Of a stretch of DNA of 64,000 bases, positions 35,443-45,675 are shown piece by piece (position 1 is the first letter of the stretch; each line of letters begins with the position of its first letter). The stretch is from a virus, in the IMG/VR virus record IMGVR_UViG_3300028400_000003, positions 1-64,000 of that record, one strand, 5' to 3'. The notes under the pieces are model-generated. The model did no database searches and was not told the origin of the DNA. It worked only from the letters and a program-made list of their open reading frames with translations. The translations under genes were made by a program, and so were the position numbers.

Positions 35443-36082
35443 GAATATCGAGGTCTGGCCGCTGGACAAGATCAAGCCGTACTGGAGGAACCCGCGTAAG
35501 ATTGACCGCAAGGCCATCGAGGCCGTTAAGGCCTCCATTGCTGAATACGGTTATGTACAGCCGATTGTTGTTGACGCCGAGGGGATTATAGTTATTGGAC
35601 ACGTTCGTTATAGGGCCTTGCAGGAGTTGAAGGTCAAAGAGGTTCAGGTGATCGTTGCCGATCTTCCAGAAGAAAAAATCAAGTCGCTTAGGCTCGTTGA
35701 CAACCGGGTTGGCGAGTTGAGCCGTTGGGATGAAGACAAGCTGTTCCAGGAGCTTGCAGAGCTAGTGGGCGAAGCTACTGAGGTCACCGCCTTCTTTCCG
35801 GAATTCGACCTTCCAGACGTTGACGCTATTGTGGACACTCTAGGCGACATCGGGGCCGATCTTGTACAAGCGCAAGAGGGCGAAAGCGCCGGCTCCGACG
35901 ATGACCCGTACTCCGTTAGCAACGCCGATATCGTCAACGCCGAGGTGAAGCTGGAAACCGCCCCGGCTTCACAGAAACCGGCCGATCACACCGTACAGGT
36001 CACATGCCCGCATTGCGGCGAGGAGTTCGGGGTTGACGTGAAGCGTCTGATGCTCATCCTCGAGTCCCAGAAGCAGCGCTAG
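35420..36082 (+). CDS. ParB N-terminal domain protein with C-terminal Zn ribbon
   Basis: PY.RNPR, SI.EYG..QPIVVD, GH.R, DNR..E...WD, CPHCG. Confidence 0.85.
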   Translation: MGKRAVAENIEVWPLDKIKPYWRNPRKIDRKAIEAVKASIAEYGYVQPIVVDAEGIIVIGHVRYRALQELKVKEVQVIVADLPEEKIKSLRLVDNRVGELSRWDEDKLFQELAELVGEATEVTAFFPEFDLPDVDAIVDTLGDIGADLVQAQEGESAGSDDDPYSVSNADIVNAEVKLETAPASQKPADHTVQVTCPHCGEEFGVDVKRLMLILESQKQR

Positions 36083-36094
36083 CCTCAAGCATTG

Positions 36095-36125
36095 GGCGGG
36101 TGGTTAATGGCCGCCCGCCTTTATT
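36095..36125 (+). terminator. intrinsic terminator
   Basis: GGCGGGTGGT-loop-GCCGCCCGCC-TTTATT. Confidence 0.65.
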
Positions 36126-36141
36126 GTTGTAATATACAGGT

Positions 36142-36675
36142 ATGACGAGAAAGGGCGGGAAGCCTAGGAAGAAAGCCAAGGACTCGCTTGATCCACAGGC
36201 ACGTGAGGGCATACGCCTGGAGTACGTAACGCGCAACGCGAGCCTGAGCAGCCTGGCCAACCGTCACAACGTACCCCTGGAAGAGCTACGGAGCATAGCC
36301 GATGAAGAGGGCTGGCACGGTCAGCGTGATGAGTATTGGCGCGGGGTGTACACGGACGTCATTCACGCTACTCGCGCGGCTACGGCCAACCTAATGGCCG
36401 GTACGGTTAGCTCCGCCGATAGGTTGGTGCGTTGGGCCAAGGAGCAGATGGCGGTCAACGAAAAGACGGGCGAGGTCAGAATTGGCCCTGACCAAGTAAT
36501 TGATATCGCCAGGGCGATCAGGGTCTCCCTTGACGTGCTCAAGTTTACACTTGGAGAGCCTGACAGCCTGGTAGTTTCCACAGGGGTTGAACCGGCGGTA
36601 AAAAGTTACGTCATGGAGGAGGCGGCTCGCGCGTTGAAGGACATTATCGGCGAAGACGACGGTGACGATGAATGA
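36142..36675 (+). CDS. terS: terminase small subunit
   Basis: N-terminal HTH (EYV...SL..LA..H...W...R), directly before terL. Confidence 0.7.
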   Translation: MTRKGGKPRKKAKDSLDPQAREGIRLEYVTRNASLSSLANRHNVPLEELRSIADEEGWHGQRDEYWRGVYTDVIHATRAATANLMAGTVSSADRLVRWAKEQMAVNEKTGEVRIGPDQVIDIARAIRVSLDVLKFTLGEPDSLVVSTGVEPAVKSYVMEEAARALKDIIGEDDGDDE

Positions 36676-38207
36676 AGTGGTTCCTGGAAGAGCTAGCCCG
36701 CAGGGGCGACGTATCCCTAGACAAGATCGCCGAAGCCCTGGAAAACCCGCACAAGGTCGAGGAGCTTGTGCGGCTGGCCAGTCACTTCGACGCCGTGGCG
36801 TTCGGGTTGCGCTTCCTACCTCACCATTTTCGTTCTCCGCCAGCGCCCTTTCATTACGTTATCAGTGAACGATTGGCGAAGCGTGACTACTATGCCGTAG
36901 CCGCGCCGCGCGGTCATGCTAAGTCAACGCTGGTAGGTCTAGCCCATCCGCTGCTTGAAGCGGCTTCGGGGCGGGCGAAGTTTATCTTGCTCATCGGGGC
37001 TGATGCCGGGGCGGCAGAGGACCGCCTTGAGGATGTGCTTAACGAGTTGGCCGATAACGACGCATTGCTCGATGAATTCCCACACCTGCGGCCGCCTGAT
37101 CCCGGCGAGTTGAAAAAATGGGCCAAGGCGCGAAAGAAGTTTAAGCAAAGGCGCTCCGACTTTGTGTCCGTAGGCGGCATCCGCTTTTCTGCAAGGGGTG
37201 CGGGCCAGGCGCTACGTGGCATGAAGCAGGGAGCGCAGCGGCCCGATCTGATTATCCTCGATGACGTTGACACGGATCAGCGCTGCGACAGCCCCCGCCA
37301 GCTGGTCAAGCTAGCCCGGTGGTTTGATACGGTGATCATGAACCTGGAAGGGGTCGAGCGGGCACGTATTCGTATTGCGGGAACAAAATTGTGCCACCGG
37401 GCGTTGATATCGCAGCTGGTTGAAAGGTGGCACGGGGACACGTTCAAGGCCATTGTTGACGAGGAGCGAGGCAAAACGTTATGGCCTGCGGTATGGCCGT
37501 ATGAGCGCCTGATCGAGAAACGGGATGGCGGCTATGATGATGATGGTTCATGGGTCCAGGGTATCGGTCCGCGCCGTTTTGCACGGGAATATCAGAACGA
37601 CCCCGCGTCCGAAGATGAGACGTTTTTGACGGAAGAACAGGTAACGTTTGTGGCCACGCCGCCACCTGGCTATCCCAAGTCTGGATACTACACAGCAGGG
37701 CTTGACCTGGCAGTAGGTATGAGTGAAAAATCATCACAGAATGCGATAGTCCTAATGTGGCACAGCCCGGCAAACGTTACCTACATCATTGCCGCTGAAA
37801 GATGGCGCGGTGTGGCGGGACTCGAGGACCGGGTGCGTCGCTTCATCGAGGAGAACGCCCTGCAAACACCACGGTTGATTGCCGTCGAGGCCGTACAGTA
37901 TCAGATGAAAGCCGTACTCGATCTTACCAGCGCCATGCCCTACCGTTTCGTTCCCGTGCATCCGGACCGCAGCAAATCGGCGCGGTTTGCGCTCATAGCG
38001 GACCGCTTCGTCAACGGCCAGATCACGATGCTCAACGGCCTTCCCACCTGGTTCAAGGAGGAGCTGTTTTCGTTCCCTATTGGAACCTTCACCTGGGACG
38101 GCATAGACGCTACGGTATACGCCTATCTAGCTAAGTTTGAAAAGGGGAGGAGCAAGAGGATGTCAACGGCCATACTGCAACCTAGCGGAGGGGGTGACTG
38201 GCAGTGA
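36672..38207 (+). CDS. terL: terminase large subunit
   Basis: APRGHAKST, RPDLIILDD, F.REYQNDP, GLDLA, VEAV.YQ, D.IDA. Confidence 0.92.
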   Translation: MKWFLEELARRGDVSLDKIAEALENPHKVEELVRLASHFDAVAFGLRFLPHHFRSPPAPFHYVISERLAKRDYYAVAAPRGHAKSTLVGLAHPLLEAASGRAKFILLIGADAGAAEDRLEDVLNELADNDALLDEFPHLRPPDPGELKKWAKARKKFKQRRSDFVSVGGIRFSARGAGQALRGMKQGAQRPDLIILDDVDTDQRCDSPRQLVKLARWFDTVIMNLEGVERARIRIAGTKLCHRALISQLVERWHGDTFKAIVDEERGKTLWPAVWPYERLIEKRDGGYDDDGSWVQGIGPRRFAREYQNDPASEDETFLTEEQVTFVATPPPGYPKSGYYTAGLDLAVGMSEKSSQNAIVLMWHSPANVTYIIAAERWRGVAGLEDRVRRFIEENALQTPRLIAVEAVQYQMKAVLDLTSAMPYRFVPVHPDRSKSARFALIADRFVNGQITMLNGLPTWFKEELFSFPIGTFTWDGIDATVYAYLAKFEKGRSKRMSTAILQPSGGGDWQ

Positions 38208-39568
38208 GGATAAGGGAGGGCATTACGATACCGCAGCCCCTTGGCGAGTCAACCCTAGACTCCGTTGGGTTTACCGTCTACCGTGGAACGCTCACGCAGA
38301 ACACCATGACGCTCGCCCAAAACATGCTGCAAGCGTACAAGGCTGGCAGCACGATCAGCCGGGTGGTCAACCAGATCGTTGAGCAGGTCATGGCCGATGG
38401 CAATATTGCGCCGGCCATCCAGGCACCCGAAAAGATCAGTGAACCCTTGCAGGGGTGGTGGAATAGCGAGAGCATCACGCACCTGCTACGCCAGTCGTTC
38501 AAGGAATACCTGTTAAGCGGTGAGGTGTGGTTGTACGTGCCTCGCCGAAACAAGAAGGAAGGTGTCAAGGTCTACACGCTGGTTCCGTGGTATATCAACA
38601 CCGTTGAGGGCACCAGCGCTCGGGCATGGAGCAAGGCGAGTTACGTCAACGCCAAGACCGGCGAAAACTATCCGCTCACCCCTGAAAACACCGTTTTCGT
38701 TGCGCACGATGCCCTGTTCGGCGAGTTGCGCGGCATCACCCCGTTCGCCTCACTCTACTTCGCCACGCAGACGTATGAGGACTGGTTGCAAGGCCGCATC
38801 AGGATTAACCGGCTATCGGGCAACATTATCGGCAAGATGCATTTCCCGGACCTTGAAAGCGCCGCGTCGAGCCTACTCAACGCGCGGGTGGTGCATGATC
38901 CCGATGGAGACTACCTTGAGGTAGATGGCCCGGTGGAAATACCTAAGCCGGGCACGATGGCCGTATTGATCGGCGAGGGCTCGGACTTTCAACTGGTGAC
39001 GCCCAACGTCGGCGCTTCGACGGCTAAGGACGACGGTGAAGCCATATGGCGTATGGTGATTGAGGCCACCCGCCTGCCTGAGTTTTTGTCTGGTTGGGGT
39101 AGGGGCGTTAACGTGGCCACCGCACGGGTACAGTACCCGTTCGCCGTTCGCATGATGCTGGCCCTCCGGGATGAGTTTGACGATGCCATCCAGATGATGG
39201 TGCGACTGGTGCTACAACGCTTTGCGCAAAACCGCATCATACCCCCGACGTGGCGCGATGATAACGGCAACGAGTGGACCCCGGCCACGGTTCCAGTGCA
39301 CATTAGCTGGCCCGAGGTTCGCGAGCTTGACTTCGACGCTATCAGCCGCACGGTGCTGGAGCTGCTAAAGCTTCAGGTGATTGATCCTTCGGCCGGGTTG
39401 TACATGCTCGGGTGGAGCAAGGACGAGCTAGAGCAGATCGCAATGGCGAACGAGGCCGTAGGCGGCGCAACCGATCCCAGCAAGATAGCCCAAACGATAC
39501 AGGAGGCGCTAAATGCCTGGCTTGAGCAAAAGCTTAACGAAGGGGCACCTGATACTAGCGCTGACTGA
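38204..39568 (+). CDS. portal protein
   Basis: Follows terL; 454 aa; L.GE..L, RG, LP..L...N.ATA. Confidence 0.8.
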   Translation: MRIREGITIPQPLGESTLDSVGFTVYRGTLTQNTMTLAQNMLQAYKAGSTISRVVNQIVEQVMADGNIAPAIQAPEKISEPLQGWWNSESITHLLRQSFKEYLLSGEVWLYVPRRNKKEGVKVYTLVPWYINTVEGTSARAWSKASYVNAKTGENYPLTPENTVFVAHDALFGELRGITPFASLYFATQTYEDWLQGRIRINRLSGNIIGKMHFPDLESAASSLLNARVVHDPDGDYLEVDGPVEIPKPGTMAVLIGEGSDFQLVTPNVGASTAKDDGEAIWRMVIEATRLPEFLSGWGRGVNVATARVQYPFAVRMMLALRDEFDDAIQMMVRLVLQRFAQNRIIPPTWRDDNGNEWTPATVPVHISWPEVRELDFDAISRTVLELLKLQVIDPSAGLYMLGWSKDELEQIAMANEAVGGATDPSKIAQTIQEALNAWLEQKLNEGAPDTSAD

Positions 39569-40358
39569 ACGCAGACCGCCGCCGCGAAAGGTGGCCAAGG
39601 AGCACAAGCGGGTTCGTGAGGTCTATGACCGGACGGCTGAGCGGTTTGTTGGGGTTTACGAGCGCCAAGCCTACCCTACGATCCTCGACTACATTGCGCG
39701 GGGGTATACGGATGACGCCCTGCTTCAGTCGCTTGCTGTTAGCCTCATGACAGACTGGCCAGCCGAACGGCTGGCCGCCCTGGATGACTTCACTAAGGTT
39801 TTCCTCAGTAACCTGCTTTACGGGTACAACTACGGGGCGCAAATTCAGTACCGCGCGATTGGGGGCAAGGGTAAGTTTGAACTAAAGAACCTTGCCGAGC
39901 TTGAGCGCCTGGAACGGCGGGCCGTTTCCATGTCCAGGTACGCCGTCGTTCGCACGCTTGAGCGCAAGCTATTCATGTGGACCACATCGGGGGTACTGGC
40001 CGGTTACAAACCCTCAGAGGTCCCCATGAATTACGGCTACTTGGTTGACGTGAGTCATAAGGTTGGGATACTCGGAGGCTACAACGAAGGGCGTAGCCGG
40101 GTGGTTAAGAAGTCTTGGAAAGGGGGTGAGATGCAGAAAACATGGGCACACGCCGGGGCCGATCTTAAGAGGCGGGATAGCCACGTGGCCGTCGAGGGCA
40201 TGACCATTGGCCTCGAAGAGCTTTTCCCAGTGGCCAACGGGGTGAAATACCCGCACGACTGGGAGAATGCGGGGTGTGACGAGTGGTGCAACTGCCACTG
40301 CTATGTTGAGTACGTTCCTGGCCGCAACGCTACCGTTGAGCCGTGGAATGGAGAATAG
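39513..40358 (+). CDS. minor head / head morphogenesis protein (gpF/gp7-like)
   Basis: KTW..A.....R.SH...G.....E.F....YP....NC.C. Confidence 0.75.
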   Translation: MPGLSKSLTKGHLILALTERRPPPRKVAKEHKRVREVYDRTAERFVGVYERQAYPTILDYIARGYTDDALLQSLAVSLMTDWPAERLAALDDFTKVFLSNLLYGYNYGAQIQYRAIGGKGKFELKNLAELERLERRAVSMSRYAVVRTLERKLFMWTTSGVLAGYKPSEVPMNYGYLVDVSHKVGILGGYNEGRSRVVKKSWKGGEMQKTWAHAGADLKRRDSHVAVEGMTIGLEELFPVANGVKYPHDWENAGCDEWCNCHCYVEYVPGRNATVEPWNGE

Positions 40359-40370
40359 GGGGTTAGTAAT

Positions 40371-42020
40371 GTGAGCAAGGGAAGAATCTTGAAGGAGCAG
40401 GCTATCGGCTACGTCCTGCTAGAGCAGGAGGGCAACGGTAGCCCGGTGGCCAAAGTTACCCTAATCAAGGCGGGGCTTTCCCTGAACAATGTGAATTACC
40501 CGCCTGACGTGCTGGCCGCAGCCGCTCACCTGTACAACGACAAGCCTTGCATGCTGGATCATAGCTGGTCACCAAGCGTGCGTGACATTGCGGGTTGGTT
40601 CCGAAATGCCCGCTGGAACGCACAGGATCAGGCCATCGAGGCCGATCTGTACCTGCTCGACACGCAGGCGGGGCGGGTGCTGCTTGAGCTTGCGCGTGAG
40701 GAGCAGCGGCTTCGTGCTGAGGGTAACATTGGCGAAGGCAGCCGGTTGTTCGGGCTCAGTCACCAGGTCTTTGGCGACGTGGAGGTTGTAACGGACGAGG
40801 GCGGTAACGAGTACGTAAACGTCCGTGAGATCACTGAGGTTATGAGCGTTGACGCCGTGGCCTTCCCCGCCGCCAATGGCGAGGTTAAGGAGTTGCACGA
40901 AAGCGCCGATAACCCCGAAAAGACCTGCATGAGCGCCGAACAGTTTGGCCGAGTCCTAGAGGAAGCCATGAAGCGAGCTACCGAAGGTGGGGATCGGCTT
41001 GCCGAACGCGCCACCCGGTTCCGTGACCTGCCGCTTGCCGAACGCGCCCGCCCCTGGAACGGAGCGGCAGCCCGTCAGCGTCTCCGCAAATGGGCGAGTG
41101 AAGACGGCTCGGGTAACACGGATACGATTGACTGGCGCAAGTACCGTTGGGGCTTCTTCTGGTATGACCATACCGATCCCGAGAGGCTTGGCAGCTACAA
41201 ACTGCCTTTTGCTGACGTGCTCGGGGGCACGATCCGCGCTATTCCACGGGGCATCTTCGCCGCTGCCGGGGTAGTGAGCGGGGCGAGGGGCGGCCCCGAC
41301 ATACCGGAAGAAGACATGGCGGGCGTCAAGCGCCACATTTCGGCCTACTACCGCAAGATGCGGGACGAGTGGGACGACCCCAACCTGATGCCGCCGTGGG
41401 AGCGCGAAGAGTCGAGGCCAACCGATGAAGAGGCTGCGGCCTTTATCGAGGCCTTTGGGCTCGATGCGTTCGTTGAAACCTTCGGCTACTCTCCCAGCAC
41501 TAGCGGGGGTGAAGCAATCGAGGAGCAGCACGATGAGAGTAAGGAGGAAGAAGCCATGAGTGAAGCCAACAAGAATCCGGAAGCAAAGACACCTGAAACC
41601 GCGCCGATGCCTGACGAAAAAGGTATCCGCGAGCAGGTGGCCGAGGAGTTCGCCGAAAAGCTTCGGGGGCTCGTTGAGGAGAACAAGCAGCTTCAGGAAG
41701 AGGTCGAGGCCCTGAAGGAGCAGATCAAGGCCTTCGAGGAGGAGAAGGCGGCGGCCGAACGCGCGGCCAAGCTCGAAGAGATGTTCCTGGCGGCCGGGAT
41801 CGAGGGGGCCGCTCGCGAGGTGCTTGAGGGCGTCGTGAGCGACCTTCCGCTTGAAAAGGCCGAAAAGGTCATTAAGCTGGCCGCTGGAACCGAGCCCAAG
41901 GAAGCTGACCCCGCGCCCAAGAAGCGGGTTCAGGAGGGCACGGAAGAGGCGAGCCCAACCGACCTTGGACGCAAATACGCTGAGCAGGTCTTCGGCCTCA
42001 AGGTCGAGGAAGCAAACTAA
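40371..42020 (+). CDS. prohead protease-scaffold with inserted domain
   Basis: G.S.N...Y, DH, SVDAV.FPAA.G; acidic coiled-coil C-terminus. Confidence 0.78.
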   Translation: MSKGRILKEQAIGYVLLEQEGNGSPVAKVTLIKAGLSLNNVNYPPDVLAAAAHLYNDKPCMLDHSWSPSVRDIAGWFRNARWNAQDQAIEADLYLLDTQAGRVLLELAREEQRLRAEGNIGEGSRLFGLSHQVFGDVEVVTDEGGNEYVNVREITEVMSVDAVAFPAANGEVKELHESADNPEKTCMSAEQFGRVLEEAMKRATEGGDRLAERATRFRDLPLAERARPWNGAAARQRLRKWASEDGSGNTDTIDWRKYRWGFFWYDHTDPERLGSYKLPFADVLGGTIRAIPRGIFAAAGVVSGARGGPDIPEEDMAGVKRHISAYYRKMRDEWDDPNLMPPWEREESRPTDEEAAAFIEAFGLDAFVETFGYSPSTSGGEAIEEQHDESKEEEAMSEANKNPEAKTPETAPMPDEKGIREQVAEEFAEKLRGLVEENKQLQEEVEALKEQIKAFEEEKAAAERAAKLEEMFLAAGIEGAAREVLEGVVSDLPLEKAEKVIKLAAGTEPKEADPAPKKRVQEGTEEASPTDLGRKYAEQVFGLKVEEAN

Positions 42021-42029
42021 TGGAGGTGA

Positions 42030-42383
42030 ATGAGCATGGCAACCAAGACATACATTAGCGGTCCCGTTGCACACGTTCGCGTCAACGTCGGCGCGGCCAG
42101 CTACTCGAAGGGTGACTTTTACAAGGCCGGGCGTCTTAGCGGCTTTGTGGTCACGGAACCCGACAGCAGCGGCGATATGATTATCGCCGTCGAGGGCGTT
42201 TTCATCGTGCCCTTCCTTGGCACCAACGCGGTGGTTGCGGGTGACGTGGTTGAGTACAACTCCGGAAGCGCGGCCTTCGAGAAACCCGCCACCCCTACCG
42301 CCGCAGACGCCATTGTGCTTGAGGACCACGCAGCGGCCAATGGAACCCTCAAGGTTCTGCTTGTTCCCGGACTGAAGCTCTAG
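42030..42383 (+). CDS. capsid decoration/cement protein (DUF2190-like)
   Basis: Small beta protein before the MCP; EGVF, GD.V.Y. Confidence 0.65.
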   Translation: MSMATKTYISGPVAHVRVNVGAASYSKGDFYKAGRLSGFVVTEPDSSGDMIIAVEGVFIVPFLGTNAVVAGDVVEYNSGSAAFEKPATPTAADAIVLEDHAAANGTLKVLLVPGLKL

Positions 42384-42407
42384 GTTGAGTGAGAGGAGAG
42401 TAACGAC

Positions 42408-43337
42408 ATGAAAAACATTACAAGCCTGCGAGAAATGGCAACCCTGGCCGATGCCCCGGTTGCCCTGGGTACCGCCGTCAACCTGCTTGTGCTTGACGCT
42501 TATCAGCGTGCCTCGCATGACTGGCAGAAGTACACCAAGATTGACACAGTTCCCAACTTTAACGACGTGAAGCGCGTCATCGTGGACACCGGCGATGATG
42601 ACCTGGAAAAGGTGCTTGAGGGTGAATATTACCCCGAGATGGGCATCACGGAGACAACCAACACCTGGCGCGTGGTCAAGTGGGGTCGTCTCCTAAAGGT
42701 CACCTACGAGATGATCGTCAACGATGACAACCGTAAGCTGCGTGACCTTGCGGCCGGTGTTGGGCGGCTTGCCGCTATCGCGGAAAGCAAGCTGGTGACC
42801 AGTCAGTACAGCGGCCTTTCCGTTAGCACGGGCTATGACGGTAACCCGCTTTCGGGCACGATGGACACCACGCTGATGGATAAGGCGATGGCGACTTACG
42901 CCCAGCTTACGGACAGCAACGGTAACGCGCTTGAAATCGCGCCTGCCTACGTGGTCACCCCGCCCGCCTACCGCTCGTTCCTGGAGAGCTACTTCCGCCC
43001 CAGCACCGCGCTCGACTTCAACCCATACGCCGGGGCCGCTGAGGTGGTTGAAAACCGCTACCTGACCGGCAACAAAATCTTCATCTTCCCCAACCCCAAC
43101 GACTTCCCCGCGCTGGAACTTGACTACCTGAAGGTGCCCGCTGATCCGCGTGAAGACTACAGCCGTGGCCCCCGCGTGCTCGTTGACCAGGCCAGCAGCG
43201 CCGCCGCTGTGCTGCCCGGTGACGTTGGCACTTCGGGTGACGGCTTCCGTTACGACAGCATCTCTTACAAGGTCCGCCACGTGTTCGGCGCTGGTGTCGT
43301 TGAGTCCAACGCCATCCTCGTTGTTGAGTTTGTCTAA
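42408..43337 (+). CDS. major capsid protein (Mu gpT-like HK97 fold)
   Basis: L.KV.E..Y, KWGR....T.E.IVNDD, P.Y...PP, YKVRH.FG. Confidence 0.85.
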   Translation: MKNITSLREMATLADAPVALGTAVNLLVLDAYQRASHDWQKYTKIDTVPNFNDVKRVIVDTGDDDLEKVLEGEYYPEMGITETTNTWRVVKWGRLLKVTYEMIVNDDNRKLRDLAAGVGRLAAIAESKLVTSQYSGLSVSTGYDGNPLSGTMDTTLMDKAMATYAQLTDSNGNALEIAPAYVVTPPAYRSFLESYFRPSTALDFNPYAGAAEVVENRYLTGNKIFIFPNPNDFPALELDYLKVPADPREDYSRGPRVLVDQASSAAAVLPGDVGTSGDGFRYDSISYKVRHVFGAGVVESNAILVVEFV

Positions 43338-43357
43338 TGATCCATTAGAATAGGGCT

Positions 43358-43825
43358 ATGGACTTCAAGGAAGCCTACAGCCGGTTCAGGTCATTTGACA
43401 CCAAACGGCGCGTCACGGTACGCGAGCACCTGTTTGATTACATCACGGAGGTGCTCGCGTACTATGGCGGCGTTGAGGAGGCGCGGCCACCTTCGGATGA
43501 AGCGCTTGAGCAGGTGCACGCTGAGCTAAACCGTCGGACTTTCGATAGCCTGCAAAAGTCGCGTGACGAAATCACCCTTGCAGGGCTCCGCAGGGTCAGG
43601 GATGACGCCTTGCCACCCGATCTTAAGAACGCCCTCAAGGGCATCGGAATAACGACACCAGGCCATCTGCTCAGCGCCATTCGGGAGAAGTCGTTACCCG
43701 ATGACGCGTTCAAGTCGGTCCTGGACTACCTTGGGTTGCAGCGCAAGGGTGGGCGTCCGCGGAAGGCCGGCCAAGAGGGGAAGGAGGTAGAGGTTGCAGG
43801 TAACGCTGGAGGAAATAGCGGCTGA
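43358..43825 (+). CDS. hypothetical protein
   Basis: Leaderless after TAGAAT. Confidence 0.55.
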   Translation: MDFKEAYSRFRSFDTKRRVTVREHLFDYITEVLAYYGGVEEARPPSDEALEQVHAELNRRTFDSLQKSRDEITLAGLRRVRDDALPPDLKNALKGIGITTPGHLLSAIREKSLPDDAFKSVLDYLGLQRKGGRPRKAGQEGKEVEVAGNAGGNSG

Positions 43826-44201
43826 TACCCTACCGGGCGCTGACGGGCCAGCCGGTCCGCTGCCCGCCTCCCCGCTTGGGGTTAAGCCAGACACGGACGA
43901 GTACCGGGAAATCGTTGAGAACGTCAAGCGGCAAATCGAGGCTCACCTGGCCGCGTTTTCCGCCCCAACTACCCTGCTCAAGCTGGCGCTCATACGATAC
44001 TACGCGGCACAGGCCGTATTGTCCCGAGCACGCACAGGCAGCGTCAAAGACCCGAGCGGCGCTTCCATCACGCTTAGCGGTAGTGACTTAGCTCCCTGGC
44101 AGAACATGAAGGAGGAGGCCGCCGCTGAGATCAACCGCTACGTGCCAAGCCGGAGCCGGGGCGGGGTTTACTTCGCCGAAATCGAAGTCGAGGATGACTG
44201 A
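43794..44201 (+). CDS. head-tail adaptor
   Basis: Synteny; size; GGAGGT RBS. Confidence 0.5.
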   Translation: MQVTLEEIAADTLPGADGPAGPLPASPLGVKPDTDEYREIVENVKRQIEAHLAAFSAPTTLLKLALIRYYAAQAVLSRARTGSVKDPSGASITLSGSDLAPWQNMKEEAAAEINRYVPSRSRGGVYFAEIEVEDD

Positions 44202-44203
44202 CC

Positions 44204-44872
44204 ATGCCGTTACCAGATGATCGGTTTGACGAAATGCTGGCGCGTGTAATGAGCGCCCTGCCGCCTAGCACGTTCACCGTTACTCGTGGTTCAACTACGG
44301 AGAGCGTTGAGGGATACCTGCGTGAGCGGGCCTCGAAAAGCGAAAGCGGTATGGGCGAGGTTGGCCGTTCGGCCACCTTCTACATTACCAGCGGTTCCCT
44401 ACAAACCGGTGACCTCCTCGATGGCGCTGACGAAGACTACGTGGCTTACGACACGGCTCCGTCACACGGCTTCGCTTCGGCGTGGAGGCTGATACGCATT
44501 CCTCCCTTTAGCGCCATGCAGACCTACAGCCTCGACTTCGAGGCTCAGGGCACTACATGGAGCACAGACCCCGACACCGGCAACCGGGTACCCTCGCGCT
44601 CAACCCAGACCGTAGAGGCCGTCCTTAAGGCTTCGCGTGATCCTAAGCTGGCCGATGTCCTTGGGGTTAGGCCTGGGGAGGTAGTGCTTGAGGGCTACTG
44701 CGTCAACCCAACGACGCTTCCAAGCGGAGTGAGTGAAGGTTCGGAGGCCACCCTGACCATCGGCGGCGTGGCGGGTACGTTCGTGCTGGGGCCACGCGTG
44801 CCTGACCCGATGACCGCTAAACAGGTCGCGTTCGGCGAGTACCTGGTTGGGAGGTGGTCATGGCAAAGCTAG
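44204..44872 (+). CDS. head-closure/stopper-like protein
   Basis: Synteny; DP.TG motif. Confidence 0.45.
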   Translation: MPLPDDRFDEMLARVMSALPPSTFTVTRGSTTESVEGYLRERASKSESGMGEVGRSATFYITSGSLQTGDLLDGADEDYVAYDTAPSHGFASAWRLIRIPPFSAMQTYSLDFEAQGTTWSTDPDTGNRVPSRSTQTVEAVLKASRDPKLADVLGVRPGEVVLEGYCVNPTTLPSGVSEGSEATLTIGGVAGTFVLGPRVPDPMTAKQVAFGEYLVGRWSWQS

Positions 44873-45276
44873 TTTGGCATGGCCCCAAGTTTAAGGAGGC
44901 CATGATACGGGCGTTCATCGAGGCTCAGCCCAAACTGGTGCGTAGGTTCACTGAGGAGGTCAACGCCGATAAGTGGACCTGGCCTAACCCACCTTCTCCT
45001 CGCGATATCGTGGACACCGGCCGTCTGCGTGACAGCCTGAACAACCCCAACCACACTGGACCTAGAACGCCGACGGTGGAGAAAACGGGCGACCTGGTTC
45101 GGGCCGTGCACACCTGGCACGTTCCTTACGCCGTTTATGTGCATGAAGGGTACACGCTGAGGAGCGGCTTCTTCGGCCCCCCAAGGCCGTGGACCGAGCC
45201 CGCAGTCAAGGGCTTCAAGTGGCGTGAGCACTTGATCGGCGTGCTTCATGAGCAGCTGCGGAGGACAAGCCAATGA
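44860..45276 (+). CDS. neck protein (HK97 gp10-like)
   Basis: VDTGRLRDS, YA.YVHEG, RPW..PA. Confidence 0.75.
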   Translation: MAKLVWHGPKFKEAMIRAFIEAQPKLVRRFTEEVNADKWTWPNPPSPRDIVDTGRLRDSLNNPNHTGPRTPTVEKTGDLVRAVHTWHVPYAVYVHEGYTLRSGFFGPPRPWTEPAVKGFKWREHLIGVLHEQLRRTSQ

Positions 45277-45662
45277 GTGAAGTGCTCGATCTACGCCAGG
45301 AGCTTGAAACCTTGCTAAGCGACCTGCTTGGAACCTACACCTACCCTGACGGGGCCACAACCCCGGCGATCAACGTAGGCTTCAAGGTTCCAGAGGGGGT
45401 TACCGCTACGGGGCTCGAAGTGGTCATATCGCCTGAGCCGTCGTCGCAACCTATGGCCATGCAGGGTGACAAGGGGGTGTACCGCGAGTGGTTGGTTGTG
45501 CTCAGGCAATGGGATGACGCTGACGTAGACTCCCTGCGGCTGGCGGTGGAGCGCATGATCGCGAGGTGGCCCGAAATGACGGCTCCGGTTGTGGTTCCGG
45601 CCACATACGAAACCCTAGCCCAAGCGAGGGTGAGTGTACCCCAGAGGGTACAGGTGAAGTGA
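45273..45662 (+). CDS. tail terminator-like protein
   Basis: Synteny before the tail tube gene. Confidence 0.5.
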   Translation: MSEVLDLRQELETLLSDLLGTYTYPDGATTPAINVGFKVPEGVTATGLEVVISPEPSSQPMAMQGDKGVYREWLVVLRQWDDADVDSLRLAVERMIARWPEMTAPVVVPATYETLAQARVSVPQRVQVK

Positions 45663-45675
45663 AAGGAGAACAAGC

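Noticed and set aside
40956-42518. 520-aa minus-strand ORF and many other antisense ORFs
   Set aside because: Shadow frames of GC-biased plus-strand genes, with no motifs, RBS or promoter.
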